Of a stretch of 64,000 nt of DNA, positions 1 through 8,661 are shown one piece after another; the stretch's first letter is position 1, and every line of letters begins with the position of its first letter. Below the pieces are notes generated by a model. That model saw only the letters and a program-made list of their open reading frames with translations. It did no database searches and was not told the origin of the DNA. The stretch comes from an uncultured Candidatus Nitrosoarchaeum sp. (GTDB lineage Archaea > Thermoproteota > Nitrososphaeria > Nitrososphaerales > Nitrosopumilaceae). Location of the stretch: positions 3,516 to 67,515 of the forward strand of contig CALKVM010000002.1 of assembly GCA_938049695.1 (NCBI GenBank). The letters are read 5' to 3'. The translations under genes were made by a program, and so were the position numbers.

Positions 1-31
1 CATCTAAAAGCAAAACAAAAAACAAATAGAA

Positions 32-145
32 TTAATCCTTACAGTGAGAACATACTATGCCGTGATTATTTTTACAACCTGGACAGCTTACAGCACCACC
101 GTAATGACATTTACATGAACATAATTCTGTCGGATCTTTCTTCAT
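32..145 (-). CDS. Small Cys/His-rich peptide, metallothionein-like or zinc-finger microprotein (37 aa; alternative ATG at 151)
   Basis: Manual translation MKKDPTELCSCKCHYGGAVSCPGCKNNHGIVCSHCKD*; 7 Cys and 3 His in CxCxCH, CxxC and CxxC motifs; below the ORF-track cutoff. Confidence 0.7.
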   Translation of the reverse strand: MKKDPTELCSCKCHYGGAVSCPGCKNNHGIVCSHCKD

Positions 146-248
146 ATTCATTAGTATGACTTCTACGTCATGTTAATATTTGACTCTTGCAGTTTTAACT
201 TTGATGAATTGGAACAAATCTTTTAAACTAAATAAGGAAATTATTGTA

Positions 249-698
249 ATGTCTAGAAATGTTATGTTCGCCAGTTTTATTACATCAATATTATTTACTA
301 CTGTTATAGCTAACACAAATTCTTTTGCTGAACCAATTGAATCACAAACAGAAATTACCCCAATTAACAATTCTATGGGAATTGAAAAAACAACTCTTCA
401 CATGTATATCTCTAAAGATAATAAACTACCATGGGGATTTGTTGAAGGAAAAATATCAAATCATGTCGTTGATTACCCTGTAATTATTCAGATTTTTGAT
501 AATGATGAAATCATTACGGGAAACAATATTGGTGCTGTACAATTTGCACAAACTCCAATAAATGAAGATGGTTCATATGAATACAAATTTAGAGTACTTG
601 ATTCAGATAAAGGAAAAATAACCAAAATTTTTGATGGTAGTTATACTGTTAAAATCTTCAAAGTTGTATATCTATATCCTAATCTTGATGCAGTTTAG
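249..698 (+). CDS. Secreted hypothetical protein
   Basis: ORF 180..698; ATG at 249 gives a signal-peptide-like N-terminus ending SFA. Confidence 0.7.
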   Translation: MSRNVMFASFITSILFTTVIANTNSFAEPIESQTEITPINNSMGIEKTTLHMYISKDNKLPWGFVEGKISNHVVDYPVIIQIFDNDEIITGNNIGAVQFAQTPINEDGSYEYKFRVLDSDKGKITKIFDGSYTVKIFKVVYLYPNLDAV

Positions 699-1221
699 TA
701 GCCATTTTCAAAGTCTCATCTACTAATTCTCTTAATCTTTTCTTGTCCTCATCATTTGAAATGGTATTTTCTGAGATTGATTCTGTAGTGAGAAACACTG
801 CTTTAGGATTAGTAATTACTCTGAAATATGATAATAATTGAGTGATTAATGTTTGAACATCAATAAATCCAATATTACCTGCAGCTAAAATTACCATTCC
901 AGCTACTTTACCCTCAGTTTTTTTATAATTGATATATTCAAACAGATTTTTCAATGCTGAACTAAAAAATGAATTGTAAATTGGAGATCCAATTAACCAA
1001 ACATCTGCATCTGTGATATCGTTAGCCGCATTTTTTGTATGCTCATTATATTCTTCTTCTGGTCCCTTATAGCATTCAATTTGTCCATCTGAAAGATTAA
1101 TCAATTTAGTATCGACATTTTTTGATTTTGTATATTCAAAAACATATTTCATTATTACCTGAGTATTTCCATTTTTTCTAGGACTGCCTGAAATTATTAC
1201 AACTTTCATAATTCTGACCAT
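679..1221 (-). CDS. NADPH-dependent FMN reductase (flavodoxin-like fold)
   Basis: GSPRKNGNT FMN-binding loop; SPIYN...ALKN motif. Confidence 0.9.
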   Translation of the reverse strand: MVRIMKVVIISGSPRKNGNTQVIMKYVFEYTKSKNVDTKLINLSDGQIECYKGPEEEYNEHTKNAANDITDADVWLIGSPIYNSFFSSALKNLFEYINYKKTEGKVAGMVILAAGNIGFIDVQTLITQLLSYFRVITNPKAVFLTTESISENTISNDEDKKRLRELVDETLKMATKLHQD

Positions 1222-1268
1222 TTATCTTTGTATTTAAATTGCAATAATATTTTTTCAAAATTTAAAAA

Positions 1269-1362
1269 CGGGCTTGGAGGGCTTCGATCCCTCGACCTGT
1301 AACTTAGGAGGCTACTGCGCTATCCAAGTTTCGCGTCTAAAATGACTCTGCGCCACAAGCCC
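1269..1362 (-). tRNA. tRNA-Arg(CCT) with a 19-nt D-loop intron (1329..1347)
   Basis: Reverse complement folds GGGCTTG/CAAGCCC acceptor stem, GCGC D-stem, GTAGC-CTCCTAA-GTTAC anticodon arm and GAGGG-ATCGAAG-CCCTC T-arm; removing 19 nt restores a normal D-loop. Confidence 0.9.
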
Positions 1363-1386
1363 AGCAAAAAAAATACTTGTAATTAT

Positions 1387-2097
1387 TTAAGCGTAATCAA
1401 GATTAGTTTTGATCATTTCTTGTATTTGATTCCAGCCTGTATTCTTTGTATCTTGCCATTTCTCAAAATACACCACATCCTTAAGATCTAGTCTTGGAAG
1501 CCATCCTGCTGTTTCAAGATCTGGTTTTTGTGCAAATTCATCTACATATCCTAAACAAAGATATGCTATTGGAACAACATGTTCTGGTAATTCTAAAACT
1601 TCTTTGAGAGTATCATTTGAAAGAATGCTGACCCAACCAAGCCCAACTCCTTCTGTTCTTGCAGCAAGCCACAAATTCTGAATAGCACAACATACACTGT
1701 ACAATCCTGCCTCAGGAATACTTGATCTACCAATTACAAATGGACCAAATTTTGAAGGATCATATGTTACACATAGATTGATAGGCGATTCTAAAATTCC
1801 TTCAAGTTTAAATGAAATATATTTTGATCTTTTTGGTTCTTCTACTAATTTTGATGAACGATTTTTTTCTTCCTCGAAAGAATCCTTGATCTTCTTTTTT
1901 GTTATGATATCTTTTATCAAAATAAAATTCCATGGTTGAGAAAAACCAACAGATGGTGCATGATGTGCAGCATTTAAAATTCTAGATAAAATATCATCTT
2001 TGATAGATCTTGAGGTAAAATGAGATCTAACGTCTCTCCTTGAATAAATTGCCTTATAGAGACCTTTTTTTTCCTCATCTGTAAATTCTTCTATCAA
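1387..2097 (-). CDS. bluB: 5,6-dimethylbenzimidazole synthase (nitroreductase family)
   Basis: RRDVR, APSVGFSQPWNF, KLEGI and CAIQNLWLAARxEGxGxGWVS motifs. Confidence 0.9.
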   Translation of the reverse strand: MIEEFTDEEKKGLYKAIYSRRDVRSHFTSRSIKDDILSRILNAAHHAPSVGFSQPWNFILIKDIITKKKIKDSFEEEKNRSSKLVEEPKRSKYISFKLEGILESPINLCVTYDPSKFGPFVIGRSSIPEAGLYSVCCAIQNLWLAARTEGVGLGWVSILSNDTLKEVLELPEHVVPIAYLCLGYVDEFAQKPDLETAGWLPRLDLKDVVYFEKWQDTKNTGWNQIQEMIKTNLDYA

Positions 2098-2180
2098 CTC
2101 TTAGACGTCTTTTTTCTTTTTATTCAATCCTTTCTTTTGTTAAACGTTAATAATGCCTGCACCTAATCTTTTACTTCAAT

Positions 2181-2254
2181 GGGCCGGTAGTCTAGCCGGT
2201 TAGGATACTGCCCCGACATGGCAGTGATCGTGAGTTCGAATCTCACTCGGCCCA
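2181..2254 (+). tRNA. tRNA-Val(GAC)
   Basis: Cloverleaf GGGCCGG/TCGGCCC, anticodon arm CTGCC-CCGACAT-GGCAG, T-loop TTCGAAT, followed by a T-run. Confidence 0.92.
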
Positions 2255-2264
2255 CTTTTTTAAC

Positions 2265-2759
2265 TTAAGTTGAAGTCTTGAACCCTTTTTCACTTGAACT
2301 CCAAGAAGTTTGTGTGGTTATACTTCCCTCAGCACTAAAACTACTGATATTACCATTCAAAACTGCTTGATATATTTCAGAATTAACATCCGACTTGTTT
2401 AGAATGAATGTATTTTTCAAAGGGATTTCCACTCCTGATAAAAATAATGCTCTACCTGGCATTGAAATATCTTCAGTGGAATATTGACCAGAACCCAATA
2501 ATTGCCCGTCTGCATAAAGTTGGTAACTGATAATTGGAACTGTGAATGTTTTTTCACTTGGATTTTTTACAAGAAAAGTAACTTCTAATTTAGCAGAATT
2601 TTCAATTTTATTAACATCTTTAACCTCAACATTTAGTAGTTTAATTTCAACTTGTTCTAATTCTGAATTATCAAGGCTAGCATACCATATAATTATGCCC
2701 ATCATTCCAAATAATCCTGCAATTGCAGCATAGACTATTATTTTATTTTGTAATGCCAA
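2265..2759 (-). CDS. Membrane-anchored LEA_2/WHy-like domain protein
   Basis: N-terminal TM helix; F-x-V-x-NP...I-x-YQL pattern; paralogous to 30258..30812. Confidence 0.65.
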   Translation of the reverse strand: MALQNKIIVYAAIAGLFGMMGIIIWYASLDNSELEQVEIKLLNVEVKDVNKIENSAKLEVTFLVKNPSEKTFTVPIISYQLYADGQLLGSGQYSTEDISMPGRALFLSGVEIPLKNTFILNKSDVNSEIYQAVLNGNISSFSAEGSITTQTSWSSSEKGFKTST

Positions 2760-2840
2760 TGCAACGATATCACATTATGCACAACTAAAAAAGGTTGTCA
2801 AGATCCAAATACATAATATTTGATTTGAAAATGAGATATT

Positions 2841-3338
2841 ATGACTCCATTAGAACAAGCAATAATTTTGTGGATTCATCTTCTTTCAGCTGCTATTTGG
2901 GTAGGAGGTTCACTTTTCATCGGAATTGTTTTTTCACCACTTCTTAAAACAATGTTTGATTCTGTTGAAGAAAGATTACAACTTATGATTAAAGTTGGCA
3001 AAAGATTCAACAAAATCGCTATCCCATCATTAATAATTCTCATTGGTACTGGTTTATACAATTCACATGTGCTTTTGAGTAAACCTAATTTGTTGCTGGC
3101 CACAAGCTATGGTAATTTTCTTATCATTAAGATAATTTTGGTCATTGCATTAATTATTACATATGTAATACATGTAAGAGTCATTAGAAAAGATGTAGAA
3201 GATAAGATAATGTCAAAACAAATGTCTCCTCATGAAATTCAAAAATTAAGAAAAAAAATTATCATTCTTGGAGAAATTACAGTAGTGTTATCCGTAGCGA
3301 TTCTATTTTTTGCGTCATTACTTGATGTTGGTGTTTGA
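2841..3338 (+). CDS. copD: CopD-family copper resistance membrane protein
   Basis: HLLSAAIWVGG motif, RF, TG and YG..L..K pattern, 4 TM helices. Confidence 0.8.
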   Translation: MTPLEQAIILWIHLLSAAIWVGGSLFIGIVFSPLLKTMFDSVEERLQLMIKVGKRFNKIAIPSLIILIGTGLYNSHVLLSKPNLLLATSYGNFLIIKIILVIALIITYVIHVRVIRKDVEDKIMSKQMSPHEIQKLRKKIIILGEITVVLSVAILFFASLLDVGV

Positions 3339-4343
3339 GACACCTTCTATTCTAATCTCAAAACCGTCACTTAATTTGCCTATGCCATATTTACAGCCAG
3401 TAATTTTTGAAGTTACAAACAAATTTGTCTCTAGATGTTTTGAAATATTCTTAACTCTAAAAATTGTCATTTCACTAGTAAGGCTTGCTGGTAAAACAAG
3501 CATGTCTGCAAGGCGTTCATCAACCCCAAGATTGTTTTCAGTAAAACTTTCTAGATCTAAATTAAATTTCTCAGTTTTTTTATCAAAAATTGAGTCAATG
3601 CCAATTATTGATTCCTCATCAATACTAAAAATCAACAAAGATGCTCCTGAATCAATTGCGCTTTCTTCATCTATCTGTGTTTGAACAACAAATTTTCTTT
3701 CGGTTAATTTTCTTTCAATACTTTCAACTTGTTTTTTTATCAATTCATCTGGTAAATTAGAAAATGAACAAAATAATTTTACATTTTTTGTTTTTCTTTG
3801 ATACAATGAAATTGGCTTTACATTAGATGGTAAAACATCTAGATTTACTTCTCCGCCACCTTTAGGATAATAACCACGTTTGATTAATTTAATTGAAAAT
3901 TTAATTCCCATCCTTGAATATGCTTCTCTTAAAACATATTGTGTATAGTCAATTGTTGGACTCCACAGAGTATCTGTCCCTCCTTTGATTGTTAAATTTA
4001 ATTTTTTTTGACAAATTGCTGCTACTGGAATCAATACTTGTAGTACTAAAGATATACTTCCAGCTGTTCCAACATCTTCTACTAAATTGCAGCTTTTTAC
4101 ATCTCTTGGAACAAATTTTAAACTTGTTGATCCTATTTTTGCCCCTTCTACATCTGCATCACAAATTTTTTGAAGAATTTTTATCGCTGTAAGATGTTGC
4201 GGTCTTAATCCTGGAATCTTTCTATTTTTTCTAATATTTTCTATAATTATAGGTCGTTTTGTAATACATGATAGTGTTATTGCGGTACGAATTATTTGTC
4301 CTCCACCCTCACCAAATTCACCATTAATTTTTAGAAAATCCAT
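3318..4343 (-). CDS. rtcA: RNA 3'-terminal phosphate cyclase
   Basis: GEGGGQIIR, PGLRPQH, TAGSI, GGTD, RGYYPKGGG and catalytic SKHLETN motifs. Confidence 0.95.
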   Translation of the reverse strand: MDFLKINGEFGEGGGQIIRTAITLSCITKRPIIIENIRKNRKIPGLRPQHLTAIKILQKICDADVEGAKIGSTSLKFVPRDVKSCNLVEDVGTAGSISLVLQVLIPVAAICQKKLNLTIKGGTDTLWSPTIDYTQYVLREAYSRMGIKFSIKLIKRGYYPKGGGEVNLDVLPSNVKPISLYQRKTKNVKLFCSFSNLPDELIKKQVESIERKLTERKFVVQTQIDEESAIDSGASLLIFSIDEESIIGIDSIFDKKTEKFNLDLESFTENNLGVDERLADMLVLPASLTSEMTIFRVKNISKHLETNLFVTSKITGCKYGIGKLSDGFEIRIEGVSNTNIK

Positions 4344-4408
4344 CTGTTTCTACTCTAATTCAACGCTTTATGATAGTTTTTTAAAAAGAAATTCTCTAAT
4401 CTTTTTGT

Positions 4409-4903
4409 ATGAATGGACTATTAATAGGAAGATTTCAACCATTTCACTTAGGTCATCTTGATGCTTTACGTTTTGCATTATCTAAAGTTGATAAATTATG
4501 GATAGGATTAGGTAGCTCCAACAAACCCTTACAAAAAAACAATCCTTTTTCAGCTGAAGAACGAAAAGAAATGATTTTATCTTCAATTGATGAATCTATG
4601 AAACAAAGAATTCAAATCTATTTTATTCCAGATTTAGAAAATCACATGAAATGGATTGAACTTATTGATTCACTAGTTCCAAAATTTGATACTGTTTTCA
4701 CTAATGATGAATTAACTAGACATCTTTATTCAAAACGTGATGTTGAAGTTTTACCAATACCCTTTGTTAAAAGAGATATTCTTTCTGGAACAAATATTCG
4801 AAATATGATAATAACCGATCAAAAATGGGAGGATCTTGTACCTGAAGGAACAAAAAATTTTTTGTATAAAACTAGTGCCAAGCAACGTTTGAAAAATCTC
4901 TAA
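4409..4903 (+). CDS. nadM: Nicotinamide-nucleotide adenylyltransferase
   Basis: GRFQPFHLGH, NPF..ER and SGT.IR motifs. Confidence 0.93.
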   Translation: MNGLLIGRFQPFHLGHLDALRFALSKVDKLWIGLGSSNKPLQKNNPFSAEERKEMILSSIDESMKQRIQIYFIPDLENHMKWIELIDSLVPKFDTVFTNDELTRHLYSKRDVEVLPIPFVKRDILSGTNIRNMIITDQKWEDLVPEGTKNFLYKTSAKQRLKNL

Positions 4904-4945
4904 TTATAAATAAACCCCATGAGAAACTTACGTTAGAGATAAAAA

Positions 4946-6091
4946 TTGGAATACTTGTCAATGCTTCCTGGTCCTACAAATGTACCTAATAGAGTTATGA
5001 GAGCAATGCTTGCCCCCATCATTAATCACCGAAGTGATGATTTTGTTGAATTATACACAGATGTAGTTGAAAAAACACAACAGGTTTTTCACACACAAAA
5101 TGATGTAGTAGCATTATCTGCATCAGGAACTGGAGCAGTTGAAGCAAGTGTAGTAAATATTGTAAAAAAAGGTGATAAAATTATTATTCCTGTTAATGGA
5201 GAATTTAGTAGTAGACTTGCAGAATTAATTGAAGCTCAAGGAGCTCATGTAGTAAAACTTCAAACTCCTCCAGGAGAAAATGCAACTTTTGATCAAATAA
5301 AAGAAGCATTTGATAATAATAAAGATGTTAAAGCATTCTACGTAGTTCACAATGAAACCTCTACTGGAACAATGGTAAATTATCTTGATAGAATATCTGA
5401 TTTAACATCACGTAATGATGCAATGTACATTGTAGATTCTGTTTCTTTACTTGGAGGTGTTAATCTTCCAGTTGACAAATGGAATATTGATGTATGTATG
5501 ACAGGAGCCCAAAAAGCAATTGCTGCACCTCCTGGAATTTCTCCAATATCTGTTAGTCCTAAAGCTAAAAAATACATGATTGCAAATCCACCCACAACAA
5601 TGTACTTTAATTTATCAAGATATTTCAAATATTATGAAGAATCAAAACATACTCCATTCACTCCGGCATTACCTTTACTTTATGCATACAGAGAAGCATT
5701 AACCATTATGTTGGAAGAAGGACTTGAAAATGTATACAAACGTCATAAGGTTTGTTCTGATGCTCTGTATTCTAGTCTAAGTGCAATTGGTCTTACACCG
5801 TTTGCAAAAAAAGAAGATCGTTCAATCTCAATTATTGCATTAAACTATTTGGATGGTTTAGAAGATAAAACTTTTAGAGATACACTAGCTGATAAATTCA
5901 AAGTGTTAGTCGCTGGAGGATTTGGAAATCTTAAAGGTAAAGTATTCAGAGTTGGATGCATGGGCGAAGTTAACAAATATCATGTAATGAGAACAGTCTC
6001 TGCAATTTCATCGACATTAGCTATGATGGGATATGATACTGATGCCCAAGCAGGTCTCAAAACAGCAGAAGAAAAACTCAAAGCTCTCTAA
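4946..6091 (+). CDS. Class V PLP-dependent aminotransferase (serine-pyruvate/alanine-glyoxylate type)
   Basis: PGPT, HNETSTG, DSVS, QKA (PLP Lys) and TPFTP motifs. Confidence 0.9.
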   Translation: MEYLSMLPGPTNVPNRVMRAMLAPIINHRSDDFVELYTDVVEKTQQVFHTQNDVVALSASGTGAVEASVVNIVKKGDKIIIPVNGEFSSRLAELIEAQGAHVVKLQTPPGENATFDQIKEAFDNNKDVKAFYVVHNETSTGTMVNYLDRISDLTSRNDAMYIVDSVSLLGGVNLPVDKWNIDVCMTGAQKAIAAPPGISPISVSPKAKKYMIANPPTTMYFNLSRYFKYYEESKHTPFTPALPLLYAYREALTIMLEEGLENVYKRHKVCSDALYSSLSAIGLTPFAKKEDRSISIIALNYLDGLEDKTFRDTLADKFKVLVAGGFGNLKGKVFRVGCMGEVNKYHVMRTVSAISSTLAMMGYDTDAQAGLKTAEEKLKAL

Positions 6092-6132
6092 TTCATGTTA
6101 ACTTAATATAAGGAAATTCGAGACCGATCACA

Positions 6133-6879
6133 TTGACTTTCAATAAAGGTTCATTGATACTAATAGATTATACTGCTAAGGTTAAAGACAGTACTGAGAT
6201 TTTTGATACCACTATTGAAGAAGATGCAAAAAAACATTCTATTCATGAACAAAATGTAAAATATCAGCCAAAACTTGTTTCAATCGGCGAAGTATCTTAT
6301 CCTGTTCTTAAGGGATTAGATGAAGCACTAGCTAAAACAACAGTTGGAGACAAACTTACAGTTGAAGTCACACCAGACAAGGGATTTGGTGAAAGAGACT
6401 CTGGTAAAGTTAGAATGATTCCTACTCGAAAACTCGGTGAAGATGCAGAAAAAGTTTCTGTAGGAGATACAATTGAAGTTGATAATAAAAGAGGAATTAT
6501 AAGATTTATTGGTTCAGGAAGAGTCCAAATTGACTACAACCATAGATACGCAGGTAAAACAATTCTTTATGATGTTAACGTAGTAAAATCACTTGATTCT
6601 CCAAATGATAAAGTAGATGGAATTCTAAAAAATAGGTTACCATTAGAAGATTCTAAAATTACATTTGAATTAAAGGACAAAGAAGTAAACATTACAATTC
6701 CAGAAGAGATATTGAGAGCAGATGGACTTCAAATAATGAAACATTTCATTCAATTAGATATTTTCAAGTTTGTTCCATCTTTAGAGAAAGTCAACTTTGT
6801 TGAAACACATGTAAACAAACAAACTCAGATAAAGAAAACTGAAACCAAAGAACAAACATCTGAAGTAAAAACAGTTTAA
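6133..6879 (+). CDS. Long-type archaeal FKBP peptidyl-prolyl isomerase
   Basis: FDTT, GFGER and DYNHRYAGK motifs. Confidence 0.9.
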   Translation: MTFNKGSLILIDYTAKVKDSTEIFDTTIEEDAKKHSIHEQNVKYQPKLVSIGEVSYPVLKGLDEALAKTTVGDKLTVEVTPDKGFGERDSGKVRMIPTRKLGEDAEKVSVGDTIEVDNKRGIIRFIGSGRVQIDYNHRYAGKTILYDVNVVKSLDSPNDKVDGILKNRLPLEDSKITFELKDKEVNITIPEEILRADGLQIMKHFIQLDIFKFVPSLEKVNFVETHVNKQTQIKKTETKEQTSEVKTV

Positions 6880-6880
6880 G

Positions 6881-7945
6881 TCAAATTACATTTGTACTCT
6901 TTGCAAGATTCAATGCTTTTCTCTCTGTCATCTCAATTTCTTTTAAAATAGTATATCTTTCAGGTCTTAATTCTTGTGCAATCATAAGAGCAGTAACAAC
7001 TTCATCTGATTTTAACCCGACTTGTTTAGCTGAAGTAGGTGCACCAACATCTTTCAAAGTTTTTGCAATTTTTTTCCAATCTTGACCTTGTAACTTGGCC
7101 ATCATGATAGATCCAATGCCGCATTTTTCTCCATGTAGTCCTCTTCCTGGTGCAATCTTATCTAAAGCATGAGAAAAAAGATGTTCTGCTCCTGAACATG
7201 GTCTACTGCTACCTGCAATACATGATGCAACTCCTGCACTAATCAGCGCTTCGACAATTATCCTTGCATCAAGTCCATTCTTAGCATAATGACTTGAATT
7301 TTCCATAACTATTTTTGCACTCATCAAAGCCAAATCTGCAGAATACCTACCATAATATTCACCAGTTTTTTCATGTCCTAACTGCCAATCTTTAACCGCT
7401 ATAATATTTGCAATAAGATCTCCACAACCACTTGCTAAAAGTTTTGCAGGAGCTTTACGTATAATATCAATATCTACAAAGACTCCTAACGGTGCGGATG
7501 CAACAATCGAATGTGGTTTATCACTAACAACAGAAACAAATGGACTTGCCATTCCATCATGTGATGCAGCTGTTGGCATACTCACAAATGGCTTGTCAAG
7601 ATTATATGCGATCATTTTGGCAGTATCTACAGAACGACCTCCTCCAATACCTGCAATCAGATCACTTTGATCTTTTTTTACATCTTTTTGAATCTGATTG
7701 ATAGCTGTAATTGTATTATCTCCAGACGCATGCCAAACAAATTTTATTTTATTAGATTTTAGTGAATCTTCGATTTTTTTCTTAATGATCTTCTTTACAT
7801 TTGTTCCACTGATCAACGAAACTCTTTTCGGTTTATTGAGCGAATTTACAAATCTCCCAAAATCACCTATATTTTTCTCCCCGATCTCAATGAGCCTAGG
7901 TAATTCCATCGTATGCGATTGCATGCGATCATGACTTTTTGTCAT
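6881..7945 (-). CDS. egsA: sn-glycerol-1-phosphate dehydrogenase
   Basis: GGGRSVD, PTAASHDG, SRPCSGAEHLFSHALD and HGEKCG motifs. Confidence 0.96.
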   Translation of the reverse strand: MTKSHDRMQSHTMELPRLIEIGEKNIGDFGRFVNSLNKPKRVSLISGTNVKKIIKKKIEDSLKSNKIKFVWHASGDNTITAINQIQKDVKKDQSDLIAGIGGGRSVDTAKMIAYNLDKPFVSMPTAASHDGMASPFVSVVSDKPHSIVASAPLGVFVDIDIIRKAPAKLLASGCGDLIANIIAVKDWQLGHEKTGEYYGRYSADLALMSAKIVMENSSHYAKNGLDARIIVEALISAGVASCIAGSSRPCSGAEHLFSHALDKIAPGRGLHGEKCGIGSIMMAKLQGQDWKKIAKTLKDVGAPTSAKQVGLKSDEVVTALMIAQELRPERYTILKEIEMTERKALNLAKSTNVI

Positions 7946-8021
7946 TATTTATCATTTCAATGAAACAAAAAGTTATTTAAAAGGGTGCCATGCATTTCCT
8001 ATTATCTCTAATAGGTGTATT

Positions 8022-8654
8022 TTGTCAAATAACGTTGAAGAAAAAATTCTGCATGGGACTACCACTGTAGGTATCAAGGCTACCGACGGTGTTGTATTAT
8101 GTGCCGATATGAGAGCCAGCGCAGGATATTTTATTGCAAACAATAACACTATGAAAATTCAAAAAATTGATGAACATGTAGGCTTGACTTTAGCTGGTGG
8201 AGTGGCTGATGCACAAAACATCGTAGATATCCTCCGTTATCATTCAAATCTCCACAGGGTAGAAAAACAACAACCAATTTCAATTCATTCACTAGCTAGA
8301 CTTTGCTCTCTCATATTTCATCAAAATCGTGGTTATCCGTTTATGGCAGATATTCTTGTTGGCGGTTATGATGCAAATGGACCTGCATTATTTAACATCG
8401 ACATGTTTGGCTCAGTTGAAGAAAAATCTTATGTGACAACAGGTAGCGGTTCTCCTGTAGCATATGGTTTGTTAGAAGAAGAATATAGATCTGATCTAAC
8501 AATAGAAGAAGCAAAAAAAATAGCTCTAAGAGCAGTAAAAGCCGCAATAGTTAGAAACATCGGTACTGGTGATGGAATTAACATCGCAGTTATGGATAAA
8601 GACGGATTCCGTCTATTGACTGATGAACAAAAGAAAGCAGTCATCGAACTTTAG
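8022..8654 (+). CDS. psmB: Proteasome beta subunit
   Basis: Propeptide ending HG followed by TTTVG; AGGVADAQ and GSGS motifs. Confidence 0.96.
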   Translation: MSNNVEEKILHGTTTVGIKATDGVVLCADMRASAGYFIANNNTMKIQKIDEHVGLTLAGGVADAQNIVDILRYHSNLHRVEKQQPISIHSLARLCSLIFHQNRGYPFMADILVGGYDANGPALFNIDMFGSVEEKSYVTTGSGSPVAYGLLEEEYRSDLTIEEAKKIALRAVKAAIVRNIGTGDGINIAVMDKDGFRLLTDEQKKAVIEL

Positions 8655-8661
8655 TGATTTA

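Noticed and set aside
1260..2260. tRNA genes as integration sites for a mobile element
   Set aside because: No integrase or transposase and no duplicated tRNA 3' end seen in the window
3310..3684. 124-aa plus-strand ORF and similar antisense ORFs throughout the track
   Set aside because: They overlap confidently identified genes and have no recognisable motifs
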